Assembly: GCA_044892525.1 (NCBI GenBank)
Contig: CM097887.1
Coordinates: 101,720,397-101,784,396 of the forward strand
DNA length: 64,000 nucleotides
Origin: Schmidtea polychroa
Taxonomy: Eukaryota
Reading direction: 5' to 3'
A program made the translations under genes and the position numbers. Each line of letters begins with the position of its first letter. The first letter of the stretch is position 1. The notes under the pieces are model-generated. The model made no database searches, was not told the DNA's origin, and saw only the letters and a program-made list of their open reading frames with translations. This document shows positions 1 to 12,754 of the stretch, piece by piece.

Positions 1-480
1 CATTGGTGCTGTACTATCTCAGTTTCAAAATGGCTTCGAAAAGGTAATATGGATCGAAATGTCAGATCGAAATCACAGTGTAAGTATTACATCACTCGAA
101 AGGAACTTCTGGCCATTTATGCGTTTGTTCTCAAATAAAAAACATTATCTGTGAAGCAGGAAGTTTATTATACGAACAGAGCATTAGGCAATTAAGTGGT
201 TATTAAAATGGGATTCTCCAAATACATCACAATTCTGCATGTGGTAGGCAGAATTAGAAATATATGATATGGAGATTCAATAGCGAATGGGTAAAGATCG
301 CACAACTGCTGATACACTTTCAAGACTTCCAAGATGTGGACAATGTCAACTACAACATAAAGAACCACAGAAGAGATGTAATGCTAAGGTGTATGATAGA
401 CTAGACTCCAAATCCGAAACAAGTTCGGAAAGGGTATTGTGTGCCGTAAATAAACAAAACATCGAGATTAATGGATACAT
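1..480 (+). mobile_element. Gypsy-type LTR retrotransposon RNase H remnant (degraded)
   Basis: Piecewise translation gives IGAVLSQ...YYITRKELLAIY...KFIIRTEH...WLL...ELEIYDMEIQ*RMGKDRTTADTLSRLP, the RNase H-like region of Gypsy pol, with stops and frameshifts. Confidence 0.8.
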
Positions 481-1209
481 TTACTATTACTTTTTTTTAT
501 AATATAAGTGGAAAAATACATTTACTAGCAAAGTGACGTAATTTCTAATCTCTTCGATCAAACTTACAAATCTGAATTAAATGATCAACTTTTATATACG
601 GCATCACCCCATGGATCATTGCTATAGATTTCTTTTTTTCTCGGGTTTATTAAATAAACCACCAGATTAATTATAAGTAATCCTTTGTTTGACATTTTAA
701 ATCAATCCCTTGTCAAAAAATAAATTTTGTTTTCTACTTTGTAATTAGTTATTATTTTGAATTTAAACCTCCAAAAGACTCCAAATCAATTTGAAAACAT
801 TTGATATGTATTTAATTCGAGATATAATTTAATTATTACATTTTAATTTATTTTTGATTAATTCTCAGCATTTTTTAAGTAACCTTTTATTTGAATTTTG
901 CTTTTAAAATTATGTATCATTTATCATTGAGTTTTTTTAAAGTCCCAAAGCTAGGCAATTTTGTATAACCAAAATTTAGTAAAAAGTAAAAACATTTTAT
1001 TGTTTAAATTGGAAATATAAAAAATAATTTTTAGGTTGATTTTTACAAATATTTTTTACCTTGATTATACACGAATACCTCGATTTATGTCGTTAATCGG
1101 ATCCAGAAAAGCATGACGCAAATTGAAATAATATTTTCTATATATTTGTAAAAATTTATTATTAATTGATGCTTGAGTACAATATTTGTAAAAAATCCTA
1201 ATTATTATT

Positions 1210-2100
1210 AACAGAGATGCAAACCCGTCAAAATTCGAGTTCGGTTCAGGTTCAATGTCAAAAAAATATTATGGATTCAGGTTCGGTCCGGTTTCAAAAT
1301 ATTATTTAAAATTAAAATTTAAGTAAAATTCTATGAAATTCATCATCTTTTATTATTAAATATTATTTTCATCCTTTTTTCATTTTTTATTGAAAAAATT
1401 TTCATTCAATTCTACAAATAAAATATTTTTAAGTGACTCCTCACTTATTGCAGATCTTTGAGGTGATAAAATAATTTTCAACGCTGAAAAGAATCTTTCA
1501 ACACGAAATTGTGTTGCTGGAACAGCTAGAACAATTGAGCAGCTTTATATAATAATGGATATTGAAGTTTATATTTCCCGAAAATCCTATTGCACATTTT
1601 GCCTTTGATAAACTCGAAAGCTTTTCATATATATTCATTACATTTATTATAGTGTTTATAATATTATTTGTGTTGTCCCGGTCATTGGAAGAAAAGTTTT
1701 TTCTTTACTTTATAGAAGTTACTCCAATATATCTATTCTTTATTGTTATCACTATTTTAGAAATGTGTTTTCGTACAAAAATTAATTTTCATTTCGTCAT
1801 TGTCGTGTTGAATATTTTGTAAAATCTTCATTGTGGTAAATATCTGCAATTTAGCGCCATCAATGTTATCATTTTTCAGCTTTAATCTGAACCGTAGGTT
1901 GAGATATTTTGCAGGCTTCAACAGTTTATTATTAATAAATTCTTAAAGAACATTATTAATAAATTGTTATTAAATAAATGTTTTAATTTAATTGGTTTTT
2001 TTACAATTTTTTTCGGAAAATGATTTAAATGATTTAAAATGATTTTAATAAAGGAGAAATTAAAAGAATTTTTTCAGTTGAACTCGAACCGAACTGAGTG
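1210..2100 (-). mobile_element. Degraded hAT DNA transposon fragment (C-terminal dimerisation domain)
   Basis: Minus strand ~1415-1545 reads CSIVLAVPATQFRVERFFSALKIILSPQRSAISEESLKNILF, a hAT dimerisation motif. It is flanked by roughly inverted GAGTTCGGTTC (~1238-1290) and GAACTCGAACCGAAC (~2080-2095) motifs. Ends are approximate. Confidence 0.65.
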
Positions 2101-2417
2101 CGCATACAGACGCGAGTAGTTGGATGTTTCTGGTTATTATTTTAAAATCTTCGTTTTTTGCAATTTGGAATCGTTTTGGAATTACTTTGTGTTTATTTTA
2201 AAAGTCGGATTTAAGAATATTTTTGAATAAAGAACATTTTTCTAGTTTCTGTCCTAAATTTATGAATATGTCTATGATTATGCTAGATATAAGTCCATCA
2301 GATAATTATGTTAGTGATGAGACTCTGTCTAAGAGAGATTCCAGTGATGATATAACACAAACATTCTTTTATTTACAAATGATTTGTTTCACCTCATGCT
2401 ATTGGTAAAATTGAATA

Positions 2418-2730
2418 GGCAAAAGAGAAATTGTTCGAGATATTAAAAAAAATTTGTGTTATATTGCTTTTAAATTTCAACAAGAAATACTTTTTCATCG
2501 TTATTTGAAGAGTTATGAACTACCAGATAATCAAGTTATTACTATTGAAAATGAAAGATTCAGATGTGCAGAAACTTTGTTCCAGTCATCATTCTTGGGA
2601 ATGGAAACTGCAGGTATTCATGAGACAACTTATAACAGTATGGTGAAATGCGATGTGGTTATTTTTAAAGATTTATATAGCCATACAAATTTATCAGCTA
2701 GTTCCCAACGGATCATGGAATTGCTGACCC
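2418..2730 (+). pseudogene. Actin gene fragment (pseudogene)
   Basis: [22 protein letters not shown]...[50 protein letters not shown] matches central actin ([15 protein letters not shown]...[32 protein letters not shown]). In-frame stop at 2412 just upstream, frameshift before the GIAD motif, and no N- or C-terminal actin sequence. Confidence 0.9.
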
Positions 2731-3064
2731 ATTGGTTATATATTGCAACAAAATCTTTATTTTTACTATTTTTCGTGATTGATTAATAAGATAAAAAAAT
2801 AATCAGAAATAAAATTACATATATTAAATGTACAAAAAAAAATCTTTTAAACTAAAATTCCAGTAATAACTTTTAAAACTAACTATTAAAATTATTTAAA
2901 ATTTAACTAGAGTAATAATTTCTTTTTTTAAAAGTTTATTTAAAAATTTGACTAACTGAAATAAATGGGATAAATAATTTTAATATAATTTTGATATAAT
3001 TTTAAGAAACACAAATAAAAATATTAACGACACAAACCGAGGTTTTGGAGTATATGGAAGCTGT

Positions 3065-3065
<1 letters not shown>

Positions 3066-3107
<42 letters not shown>
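3066..3107. repeat. (AAT)n microsatellite
   Basis: Run of taa/aat triplets read directly; similar imperfect runs at ~4590-4645. Confidence 0.9.
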
Positions 3108-3110
<3 letters not shown>

Positions 3111-3813
3111 AAATAATAAATTAAAAAATATTAATTAAAAATCAAAGAAAAAATTAAAAATGAATATTTTCCGGGGGAAACTGGTATCGGCGGATGCTAA
3201 ATAATGAGACAAGTTCAATTATAATAAAATAAAATCAATGTGGGGGGGGGGGAGTCCCTCGAAGGAATAAATTACAAAAATAGGCAATGTCTTTTTGAAA
3301 TAACATATGTTTCGTTGTCTGATAGGTTTCCATTGTGATATTGTTTTCTTCGAAAATTATTTTCATTTGTGTTAAATATATTATTCGTAGTAAAGGCTTA
3401 AANNNNNNNNNNNNNNNNNNNNNNNNNNNNNNNNNNNNNNNNNNNNNNNNNNNNNNNNNNNNNNNNNNNNNNNNNNNNNNNNNNNNNNNNNNNNNNNNNN
3501 NNNNNNNNNNNNNNNNNNNNNNNNNNNNNNNNNNNNNNNNNNNNNNNNNNNNNNNNNNNNNNNNNNNNNNNNNNNNNNNNNNNNNNNNNNNNNNNNNNNN
3601 NNNNNNNNNNNNNNNNNNNNNNNNNNNNNNNNNNNNNNNNNNNNNNNNNNNNNNNNNNNNNNNNNNNNNNNNNNNNNNNNNNNNNNNNNNNNNNNNNNNN
3701 NNNNNNNNNNNNNNNNNNNNNNNNNNNNNNNNNNNNNNNNNNNTTTACGGAGTAGATTGATGGTAAGAAAGTCCAAACAAATGAATAAAATTTAATTATA
3801 TTTAAAATCTTAC

Positions 3814-4575
3814 GTTCATACAAATAACTGCTCCTTTATGGCCTTCAAAAATATGCAGTGATTCTCCAGTCGCAATTGACCATGATCGAACTGTAAAATC
3901 AGTACTACCAGTTACGAGATATCTTGCAACTGCATCAGTTCCCATGCATGTAATCGCACCTTGATGTCCTTTGAATGTAAATAGACATCTACCAGTATCC
4001 AAAGACCAAAGTTTTGCAGTAAAGTCTGCGGATCCTGAGAGTAACAAACTTCTAGAAGCATATATAGTTGATCTATCATAGCCATTCGACGATTTTGCAT
4101 CACTAGAAATAAAAATCATTGGATATACGCCTCTAGAATGTCCACGAAATTCTCTAATAAAACTTCCATTGACAAAACTCCAAAGTCTTATTGTTCTATC
4201 ATAAGACGATGAGAAAATATATTCGTCAGACAGAATAAGTCGATTGACTAATGAAGAATGACCTTTCAATAAAGCAACTTCTTCAAACGACGTTACGTCC
4301 CATATTCTTATTGTCTTATCTGCTGATCCACTGACAATATAGTTATCCTGCATTGCAATACAATTAACATAATCTTCGTGACCAATACATATTCCTAAAC
4401 ATTCACCATAATCTACAGTAGACCACACTCGTATTGTTCGATCTTCCGATCCAGTAACTATAACTGAATGGTCTGATGATGTACAAATACAATTTATACC
4501 ACTGGCATGATCATATTTAATTGAAATAAGATATTTATCATCTTCCTCGTCAATTTTAGATGAACAACATCCCAT
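3814..4575 (-). CDS. WDR86: WD repeat-containing protein 86-like, first coding exon (remainder in or beyond the gap)
   Basis: ORF with about six WD40 repeats (TGSEDRTIRVW, GHEDYV, SGSADKTIRIWD, GHSSLVNRL, FSSSYDRTIRLW, REFRGH, TGSTDFTVRSW), colinear with WDR86 as remembered. GTAAGA donor after ATG AAC at 3813; next exons probably in gap 3403-3743. Confidence 0.85.
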
Positions 4576-4652
4576 TTTTTCGTTGCCAATCTAAAATAAT
4601 AATAAAAATAATAATAGTAATAATAATAATAATAACAATAATAATTATAATA

Positions 4653-4839
4653 TTAAACAATTAAATGATAATTTAAGTCTTTTGCTGCGAATAATATATT
4701 TAATACAAATGAAAAGTTTTTCGACTATAAGATAGTCATTTTCAGTTTGAAAAGGGTTATCTTATAGTCGAAAATATTTTCATTGGTATTAGATGTATTA
4801 TTCACAGAAAAAGTCTTTAATTATCATTTAATTGTTTAA
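4653..4839. mobile_element. Fold-back MITE (187 bp hairpin), TTAA at both ends
   Basis: Arms ttaaacaattaaatgataatttaag...gaataatatatttaatacaaatgaaaa...cgactataagata are mirrored at 4757-4839. Related ends occur at 3350-3402, 41461-41518, 58432-58480 and 59300-59363. Confidence 0.8.
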
Positions 4840-5038
4840 AATTTAATTAATGCTGATACCAAGAAATCATCACTTAATAATTATAATAATAATGTTGTAT
4901 TTATAAGATTTTTTTCGATTTTTTCGATATATCGATGTTTTTTTATATTCATGAATTTTTGGCACAGTCTTTTTTAAGTGAAAAGAAATCAGAGGTGAAA
5001 ATTGAAAAGACGTTCTTATAATAATAATAATAATATTA

Positions 5039-5533
5039 CTAATAGTGTTTAATTGTCCTTTGAAGCTTGGTTCTTAGTATAATCGTCCGCGTTTCTCGAC
5101 GGAGCAACTCGTACACTTCATCGGCCACCTCATAACCTGACAGACAACTGAAACCTGTATCCTTAGCTGCGGTGATTTTCTTGACTTGTAATTTCTCAAT
5201 ATCTGCCTCATTTGCTAGTGGAGGACCATTTTGTTCAAATTGATTCTTAATACTCGTTACACACTTGTCAAAACTTTGATCTGAACATATATAATCTGAC
5301 GAGTCGGATCTAAAATCCTGCGGCAGCAATCCACCAAATAAATTTGATATTAGTTGGCCAAAAACACTATTAAAGTTATCTGGATCTCTTTGAGTCATAA
5401 AAAAGGAACCATCAGTTTCGTTTGTAGTACTTCCAACAGGAACATGACGAATAATATGAGAAACATTCAAGGCATCATCATTATTTTCCATTGAGTTATA
5501 ACGCATAATATCAAAATTCATATATTTTCCCAA
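5039..5533 (-). pseudogene. RNF115/RNF126-like E3 ligase fragment with truncated RING
   Basis: SDYICSDQSFDKCVTSIKNQFEQNGPPLANEADIEKL aligns by eye with RNF126 (DYAWG..GLD.IITQLLNQFENTGPPPA.KEKI..L). The following FSCLSGYEVADEVYELL keeps only one RING cysteine and lacks the PC-H-FH-C core. In-frame stop just upstream of the ORF. Confidence 0.6.
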
Positions 5534-8188
5534 CAGGACAGGAATTCAAAAATTCGAAAACAACTCGAAACCAAAATTCAACTCGATCGAAACTCCTTTT
5601 TAAAAACCATCTAAAACCGATACAATCCAGAAATCGATCCAAAAAAATCCAACTCGAAAACAAAAATCACAATTCGAAAACCTCCAACCAAAATTCAAAA
5701 TAAATCATAATCATATTCACAATTCTCCGCGTCTGTGTGCGCACACAAAAACCTCCAAAACCAGTACAAAGCGCACACAGACGCGAGCATCGACAATTAA
5801 TCAAATAGAAAAAAGAAAAATACATGATAATTAGTAAAATAACCTTTTACATTAAAATATTGGCAGATCTAATCAATTATATTTTTTGTAAGTCAAAATT
5901 ATTATTAAAAATAAGAACATATGACGGTAGTTACAAAGAGTATTATTTTTTCATTTGCCAAAATGACTTGTGTAAAAGTAAATATAAAATATTGTTGTCA
6001 TTTCCCTCGCAATATTTAACAAATATAAAATATTCAGAGATCAACTGTTTTTGATGTCAAATCAAAAANNNNNNNNNNNNNNNNNNNNNNNNNNNNNNNN
6101 NNNNNNNNNNNNNNNNNNNNNNNNNNNNNNNNNNNNNNNNNNNNNNNNNNNNNNNNNNNNNNNNNNNNNNNNNNNNNNNNNNNNNNNNNNNNNNNNNNNN
6201 NNNNNNNNNATGCATGATTTTGTACTAATACATTTATTGAAAAGAACAACAACAATAGATAGCTACTCTCAGAGTAATTACAAATTAATTTTCCTTATTA
6301 AAAATATAATCAATTGTAGTGTTGATGTTAGTATTAAAACCTGAAAAAATATATAAGGAAAGTATAACAAATATTAAAATCAACAAAAAACTCCAAATAA
6401 TTATCTTTCATACCGGGACTATATATATAGTGCATTTTTTGTAAAATTAGGTGCCTGTAATAATTTGAGGTCATTCATTTTTCGAAATTCAATACAGAAG
6501 TGATTTTGCAATGAAACTATTTCATATCACTCGTTAAGTTAAATAACAACTTCAAGAAAAAAAACAATCATATTTTTAAAATTACTTTAATAAAATTGTG
6601 TTGCATTGTTATACCGTATAGTATACAACTGTAAGATTTAACTAATGACTTATTCTTAGATTACTTATCAAAATGTATATAGTTTTCTTTCTTTTTTTAC
6701 AAAAACCCCTGTGAAAGGTGAAAATGAAATAGAAAATGATGTGAAAAAATTCATAATAAACCCCAAAGTTTGACCAAGTTCTCGCTTGACACACGTTCCC
6801 GACTGCGTTCTTTGCTATTGGTATTTATGTTCGAGTATCTGCCACTAAGCAACCACGAATCAACATATCATGTGGGATCAAAACTTATCAAAACTTATCT
6901 TATAAATAAAAGCGATAGCAGCAGATGATCCAAGAACTCTATCTGAAGGCATTATTTTCCAAAATCGAAAAGAAATCAAAAATCTTCTTCATTTTCAAAG
7001 TGAGATAATATAATTATATACTAACTATTTAATTATAAATTTTAATTTTTAAACTTGTTTTCAAATCTTCTATTCATAACGTTTAAAAACAGCGTGGCCG
7101 GAAATGAGTTATCAATTAATGATGTCATATTAAGAGTGTGTTTATAAATTGTGGCTACCTGGACTCGTTTCAGGTTGCAGGTGCTCGTTTTCTATGTGAA
7201 AATATAATTTTAATTGACGGTACAATAGCGCGCTTGCATCGTGTTAATTACAAACATTACCTTATCTGAATTATACGCAATTGCGCACTAATCTGCACAA
7301 TGCGTATACAATTAATATACTAAGTTAGAACATTTTTGCTATTCGTATTTAAGTGTTAACTTATAGATAAAAATGTAAAATTTAAAATTCTTTTTAATAG
7401 TATAATAAAATATAATAAAAGTTTAAAACACTTAAAATAATTTTTATTTTTTATAAGTTGGAAAAGGTACCGGTACGACGTACCGGTGCGTACCGTCACA
7501 AAAAAAGCACTGTATATATAATTACCTAGCCACTGAAGATTCAGATTATTAATAAAATTCAAATTTATCAAATGGTAACTCCTCATACTTGATTTTAGGT
7601 TCGCGATCATTGGATATGATTGACGCTAATAAGTAACGCAAATATATATGTTAAAATATTCCAGCTTGGAAATCCAAAATTAACAGAATCCCTCTTATGT
7701 TTTGTTTCTTCAAAAAAAAGTTATTTTATTTTTGAATATCATATATGTAACGTAGCAGTTTACCTTTCAAGAGTCATCTGACCTTTTTACTTTAAAGTAA
7801 GTGGATGTGATCCTAATTCTTATCAACACAAATTTCTTAAAATCAGTAAAAGATCAGTGGTCCGCTTTATTATAATTTATCATTTGAACAACCCAGTTCC
7901 ATTTTTATTTTATTTTTAGTGTTTTATAAAAGCTCCATTCTATGTAAAAACAATGACTAAGTATGGTATTAGGAGTTTGCTGTTGTATGATAGACACGAA
8001 ACCTTTAATGGAGCTTACCATAAAGGGTAAATTGAAATTGAATTATGGTTCTGACCTGTAAAAATATATAAGAGTGTATTAAATAATGTTTTCTTCACAG
8101 TATATTTTAGGTAAATAGTTGCTCAGAGACCATTGTTAAAATGAAAACTTATGTCGCAATTATTTTAGTCAAATCCTTAATGAAGCAG

Positions 8189-8903
8189 CAGAACCGTAGC
8201 TAGGGAAAATGGCGCCCGGGCGAGATTAAAATTTGGCGCCCCTGGTGCTAAAAGAATCCACCACTCCCATTAATTATGTACTTACAGAAATGGAATTGGT
8301 CTTGAAGAGTAAAATTAAGATGCAAAGCTATGCAATGCTTAACCAAACTTATATTATAACGAAAACAGATTAATTATAAATATTTATTATACATATAGCT
8401 TCATCTCCCATATCAGCGGGTGGCCGAGTTTGCAAGACATGAGTTGCATTGTTTCACAAAATTTCCCTTATTATAAAAAAATAATTCTGATTCTTTTCTC
8501 AATATTGAATAGGCTATTCTTCTTTTCTCGTTTTTATATATAGACTACTGTATCGGGCATATCGATATCTATAACCATTATCATCAATTGTCCTTCCTTC
8601 CTTAAAACGATTTGCAAGATCTTTCCAGGCTAAGTAGCATTTTCTCTGCTCAAAACTGTTTTCATGATCAGCCACCTTCGGATTTAGTCGCCCGTTTGCA
8701 AAAACCTTTAGATAGACCAGCAAAACAGTTTTGTTTTAGTTTAACTTTTGAAAACAATAAACATAGAAAGCAGAATATAAAAATTTAATATGAAAAAAAA
8801 AGAAAAGCAAAAAAAATTTAAATGATCATCTCACAGTTTTGGCGCCCTTCGACTCGGCGTCGGGGGCGGTCGCCCAATTCGCCACCCCTTAGCTACGGCT
8901 CTG
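8189..8903. mobile_element. Non-autonomous hAT element (715 bp) with TIRs and 8-bp TSD
   Basis: TIRs CAGAACCGTAGCTAGGG / CCCTTAGCTACGGCTCTG; identical TGAAGCAG at 8181-8188 and 8904-8911. Confidence 0.9.
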
Positions 8904-10944
8904 TGAAGCAGTCTACAGTTTTGGCTGGTAGAGGTTTCATATAATTCCATAATCCTTTGAAACAGTGGTTTAAATTTTAAAGAAAAACTTGATAAAAGAA
9001 TTGTTCACTTTTCAGAAAGTAACAAAGTAATATATGATAATAAAGTTTGGAAGCTCTTGGGAAATTTAGGATTATAGTGTTATATCTGGTGTTCTGCAAA
9101 TTGCATTTGAAATAAAATAATAAAAATTATTTTAAAAGCTTTAATTATAATATAAATTGAAAAATAAACAATTATTTAAATTAAATTTCAAAAATGTTTT
9201 TAATAAAATTAATTAATAAAGTTTGTTTATAAAATCTATATTATCAATATCTTTTTTTATCCTATCTGATAATGACATGAAACTGTCGAAATAAATCGTA
9301 AAACATATGTTTGAGTGGAGTGTACTTATAATAATTATTAATTTTCATATTTTCAATAAATTTTAAAATATAATTATAACAGTTAGTTCTTTAACACAAT
9401 TTATCGTAATATTATCGGACTTGGTAAATAAGATTTCATCGGCGTTCAAATGAAAAATATTCTATGAAATTGCATATGAAATTGATAAGTAGATAAAAAT
9501 TGATAAGCAATAATCTCTCAAATATATTAAAAAATTAAAATAAATTTAAAAAATTTGAATATAAAAAGATATTTTTTAAAAATCAACAAACGAAATAAAA
9601 TATGCATATTTTCTTCTGCCGCCATTTAAAACTTTAAACTATAATTACTTATATTATAAATTATTATACTGAAACACGAATAGGACAAATTTTTTAACGT
9701 TAAATAAAATTCTCATAATCATTCAAACAATTTCATATTCTTAAAATTAAGTCATTGAAAAAAGAATTCAAAAAGTGTTTAATTTTTACTGAAATTAAAA
9801 TTGTAAAATAAATTGATTTTACAAACGATTATTTTAAGAAGCAATAAAGAAATAAGCAGCTAAACAAATTAATAAAACCTAAATTTAATTAAAAATAAAA
9901 ATCTAATAAAAAATCTTTCGTAAATAAACAAGAAAATAATAAATAAATTTTAACTCACATTTTTGAGAATTTGTATCAATGAATAAATAAATTGTGGAAT
10001 AACAGAATTTATTTACAAACTCCTGAAAACCAATTTTGTCAATTTTTTATTGGTGGCCTACAAATTGTTTGAATGGATAGAAACTATTCCATTATTATTT
10101 CCCAGCATCAAATATACACTGACTATTTCGTAGCAACAATATATTCAGTATATTTGTTGATTTGATAAATACATCTTTAAACTTAATTTAGCGGTCTATT
10201 TAAATATAAACAATAAAACAATTCTGTTTTTATTTGTAACATTAAACAAATTGTGACTATTGTTCAATTTCGTTTCCGTCATCTACATCAGAGAGGGTTT
10301 TTAATTAAGTGAAAATATATTAAAAGACAATATTGTGAATAATAATTTTTGAATCATTTTGTAAAGGTTTTGAAATTTTTGATTTTTCTCAAAATTTATC
10401 CTGAAATAAAAAATTTGGTTCGAAAGAGACAATTGAAAAAACAAATATACAACAATTAACGTTAAATTGTCTGGATTATATAATTGTTTATTAATTAATT
10501 ATTGCGATTAAAAAAATAATATTTTGATAAACAAAAGAGAAATAGAGATTACAATAGTAAATTGAGTTATTTTTTTTCAGGAAACTCAAGGAAAAGGATT
10601 AAACTGCGATGATCAATAAAAACTAATTGATATATTGTTTAAATTAATCGACAAAAGCGGATATTCCAAGTAGTGAAACTGTTCATAATTTGTTTAATAA
10701 GTGGGATTTGATTGATGACGCAATGTCAACTTGTGTTGATTGGTTGAATTTTCATGAGCATATTCTTCTGATTATTAAAAAAAGTGTTAAAATGGGAATG
10801 ATTGGTGCTTTTTAATTAAATCCTCCTATCTTTAAAAGCAGTAAAATCTTTTAGTTTCTTGTTCACCTTTGACCAGTTTTTATTTTCTTATTTAACATTT
10901 CATTTATTTACATCTTGACAAAAACACAAAAATAATCATTTATA

Positions 10945-11611
10945 ATACCGGTATTTCGCTACTGAAAAAATTCGATACCGATATAATACCGGTATTGATT
11001 TTTTAATGTGATTAAAAATTTTAATTTTAAATCTCAATAAAAAGTAAACCTTTTAATTTGATATCAAAATTACAGGCTTTTTTCAATTTGCGCTTTTTCC
11101 CATTATAAAATAAAAAGCAAAAGTCATTCAGAGTTTTTTATTCAAGAGATGATTGTAATTTGGTGACAAAGTTGCCACTTGCTGAAAATCCACGCTCCGA
11201 TTCAAAACTGGTTGGCTCAAGTATTCGTAAGGGCTTTGCAAATATTTCCCACGAGTTCCTTCTTCTACAAAAATTACAATCTCCTTGCGGATTGTTTTTG
11301 ATAAATCTTTCGAAACGTTCAATCTTCCTTTGTTCGAAATTGCTAGTGTCAAGCTTTTTTTCAATGACAAGTTTGCAGTGCTGTTAACAGAATCGTTGTC
11401 CGATGAAACGTTGGCGGAAGAAAGATGTTTCATTCATACGAACAATGGCATTTATAATGGCTGATTTGCTAAGGTGCTCAAACGAATAATAACAACAACT
11501 CTCCTTTAATATTAATGTTACTGTTGAATTTATATTTTTAGCAGAAATACCGGAAGTACCGGTATTTCGGTACCTCAAAAAAGTTCGGTACTACCGGTAT
11601 TGGAAGCACTA
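10945..11611 (-). mobile_element. hAT transposon fragment with one terminus and dimerisation-domain remnant
   Basis: Minus strand EPTSFESERGFSASGNFVTKLQSSL (~11150-11225); multiple TACCGG subterminal motifs; TAGTGCTTCCAATACCGG-type end at 11611. Confidence 0.7.
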
Positions 11612-11623
11612 CACATAATATTA

Positions 11624-11864
11624 CAGTAAAAGTCCTCTAAGATGAACACCCTAAGTGAATGATTCTCTTTAATTATGAACATTTTGTAATTTCTACAAAT
11701 TTTTAATTTTAAACAAAATAAAATTGATTTTTTCTATTTGATGCCTAAACATATAGCCGCTTATTTTTTAAATGACGATTAAAATATTTTCTATATTCAT
11801 TTCCTATAAGGTGAACGTTGTATGTTGAAAAAATGTTGGTGTTCAAATTAAACAACTTTTACTG
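11624..11864. mobile_element. pogo/Tigger-like MITE
   Basis: TA|CAGTAAAAGT...GAACACC and GGTGTTC...ACTTTTACTG|TA: inverted ends with a TA target duplication. Confidence 0.8.
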
Positions 11865-11989
11865 TACATGGAATAAAATTTATCCATAGTCGAATTGAAA
11901 ATAAATGAAGTTTTAAAAGAAAATAATGCCATATTTCATGAAATAAATAAAATTGACTTTTTTATGTTTCTGAGAAAATACAGAAATAA

Positions 11990-12754
11990 AGTAGTATGAT
12001 ATGTCACCGCCCGGCCACACATACCCCCCCCCGGGAAAAAAAAAATTTTTTTTAAATAAAAGGTCAAGGTCAAGGTCATTTATTTTTTTTTATTTAATTT
12101 TTTGTTTTAATTAAGTGGTCTGGCGGGCTCCTACTTTTTCCCATCCCAAAAATTAATGTTTCCGCCAACAGATTTTATTGGACGATAGCTCATCTTAAAG
12201 CCCTATGCAAGACCTTTCGAATGAGCCATAGAAGGTATCATCATCATTAATATTGACAAAGTTATTAACATTTTACCAAAAATCATTTTCAAGGTCATAT
12301 AATTATTAAGTGGTCTGGCGGGCCCCTACTTTTTTCCATCCCAAATGTTATCGTTCCCATTATCCGAATTTATTAATCGATAGCTTATTTTGAAGCTTAG
12401 TGCAAGATCTAACTACTGATATATAAATATTATTAATATAATTATTATTGGCAAAATTATTAACGTTTTCCCGAGACCATTTTCAAGGTCATTTATTTTT
12501 CAAAATATTATTATTTCCAAGGTCATTTATTTTTTCAAGGTCATTTATTTTTTCAAGGTCATTTATTTTTTCAAGGTCATTCCCAAGGTCATTTATTTTT
12601 CAAGGTCATTTATTTTTTCAAAGTCGCGTGACTCATAAAGGTCATTTTTTTTTAATGTCATTTTTTAATTTAATTTTTTGTTTTAATTAAGTGATCATTA
12701 AATTTTTCAAGGTCATTTATTTTTTCAAAATATTATTTTTTCAAGGTCATTTAT
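11990..12754 (+). repeat. AGTAGT-initiated segment with tandem (TTTTCAAGGTCATTTATTT)n array; possible Polinton terminal inverted repeat
   Basis: Begins AGTAGT at 11990, followed by a C-run and AAGGTCAAGGTCAAGGTCA. A ~19-20-bp CAAGGTCA-containing unit repeats about ten times from 12481 into the gap. The repeat is directly seen; the Polinton assignment is inference. Confidence 0.55.

Noticed and set aside
3335-3823. ORFs running through N gaps (also at 6034-6344, 12691-12958, 40372-40590, 58139-58612 and 59219-59581)
   Set aside because: They are open only because N codons translate as X; the flanks are MITE or repeat sequence.
7915-8030. Possible isolated exon CFIKAPFYVKTMTKYGIRSLLLYDRHETFNGAYHKG with AG/GT borders
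   Set aside because: No recognisable homology and no partner exons could be assembled.
12448-12754. CRISPR-like array, or the ORF with SRSFIF repeats
   Set aside because: Head-to-tail tandem units without unique spacers, in a eukaryotic context; the ORF is a by-product of the repeat.
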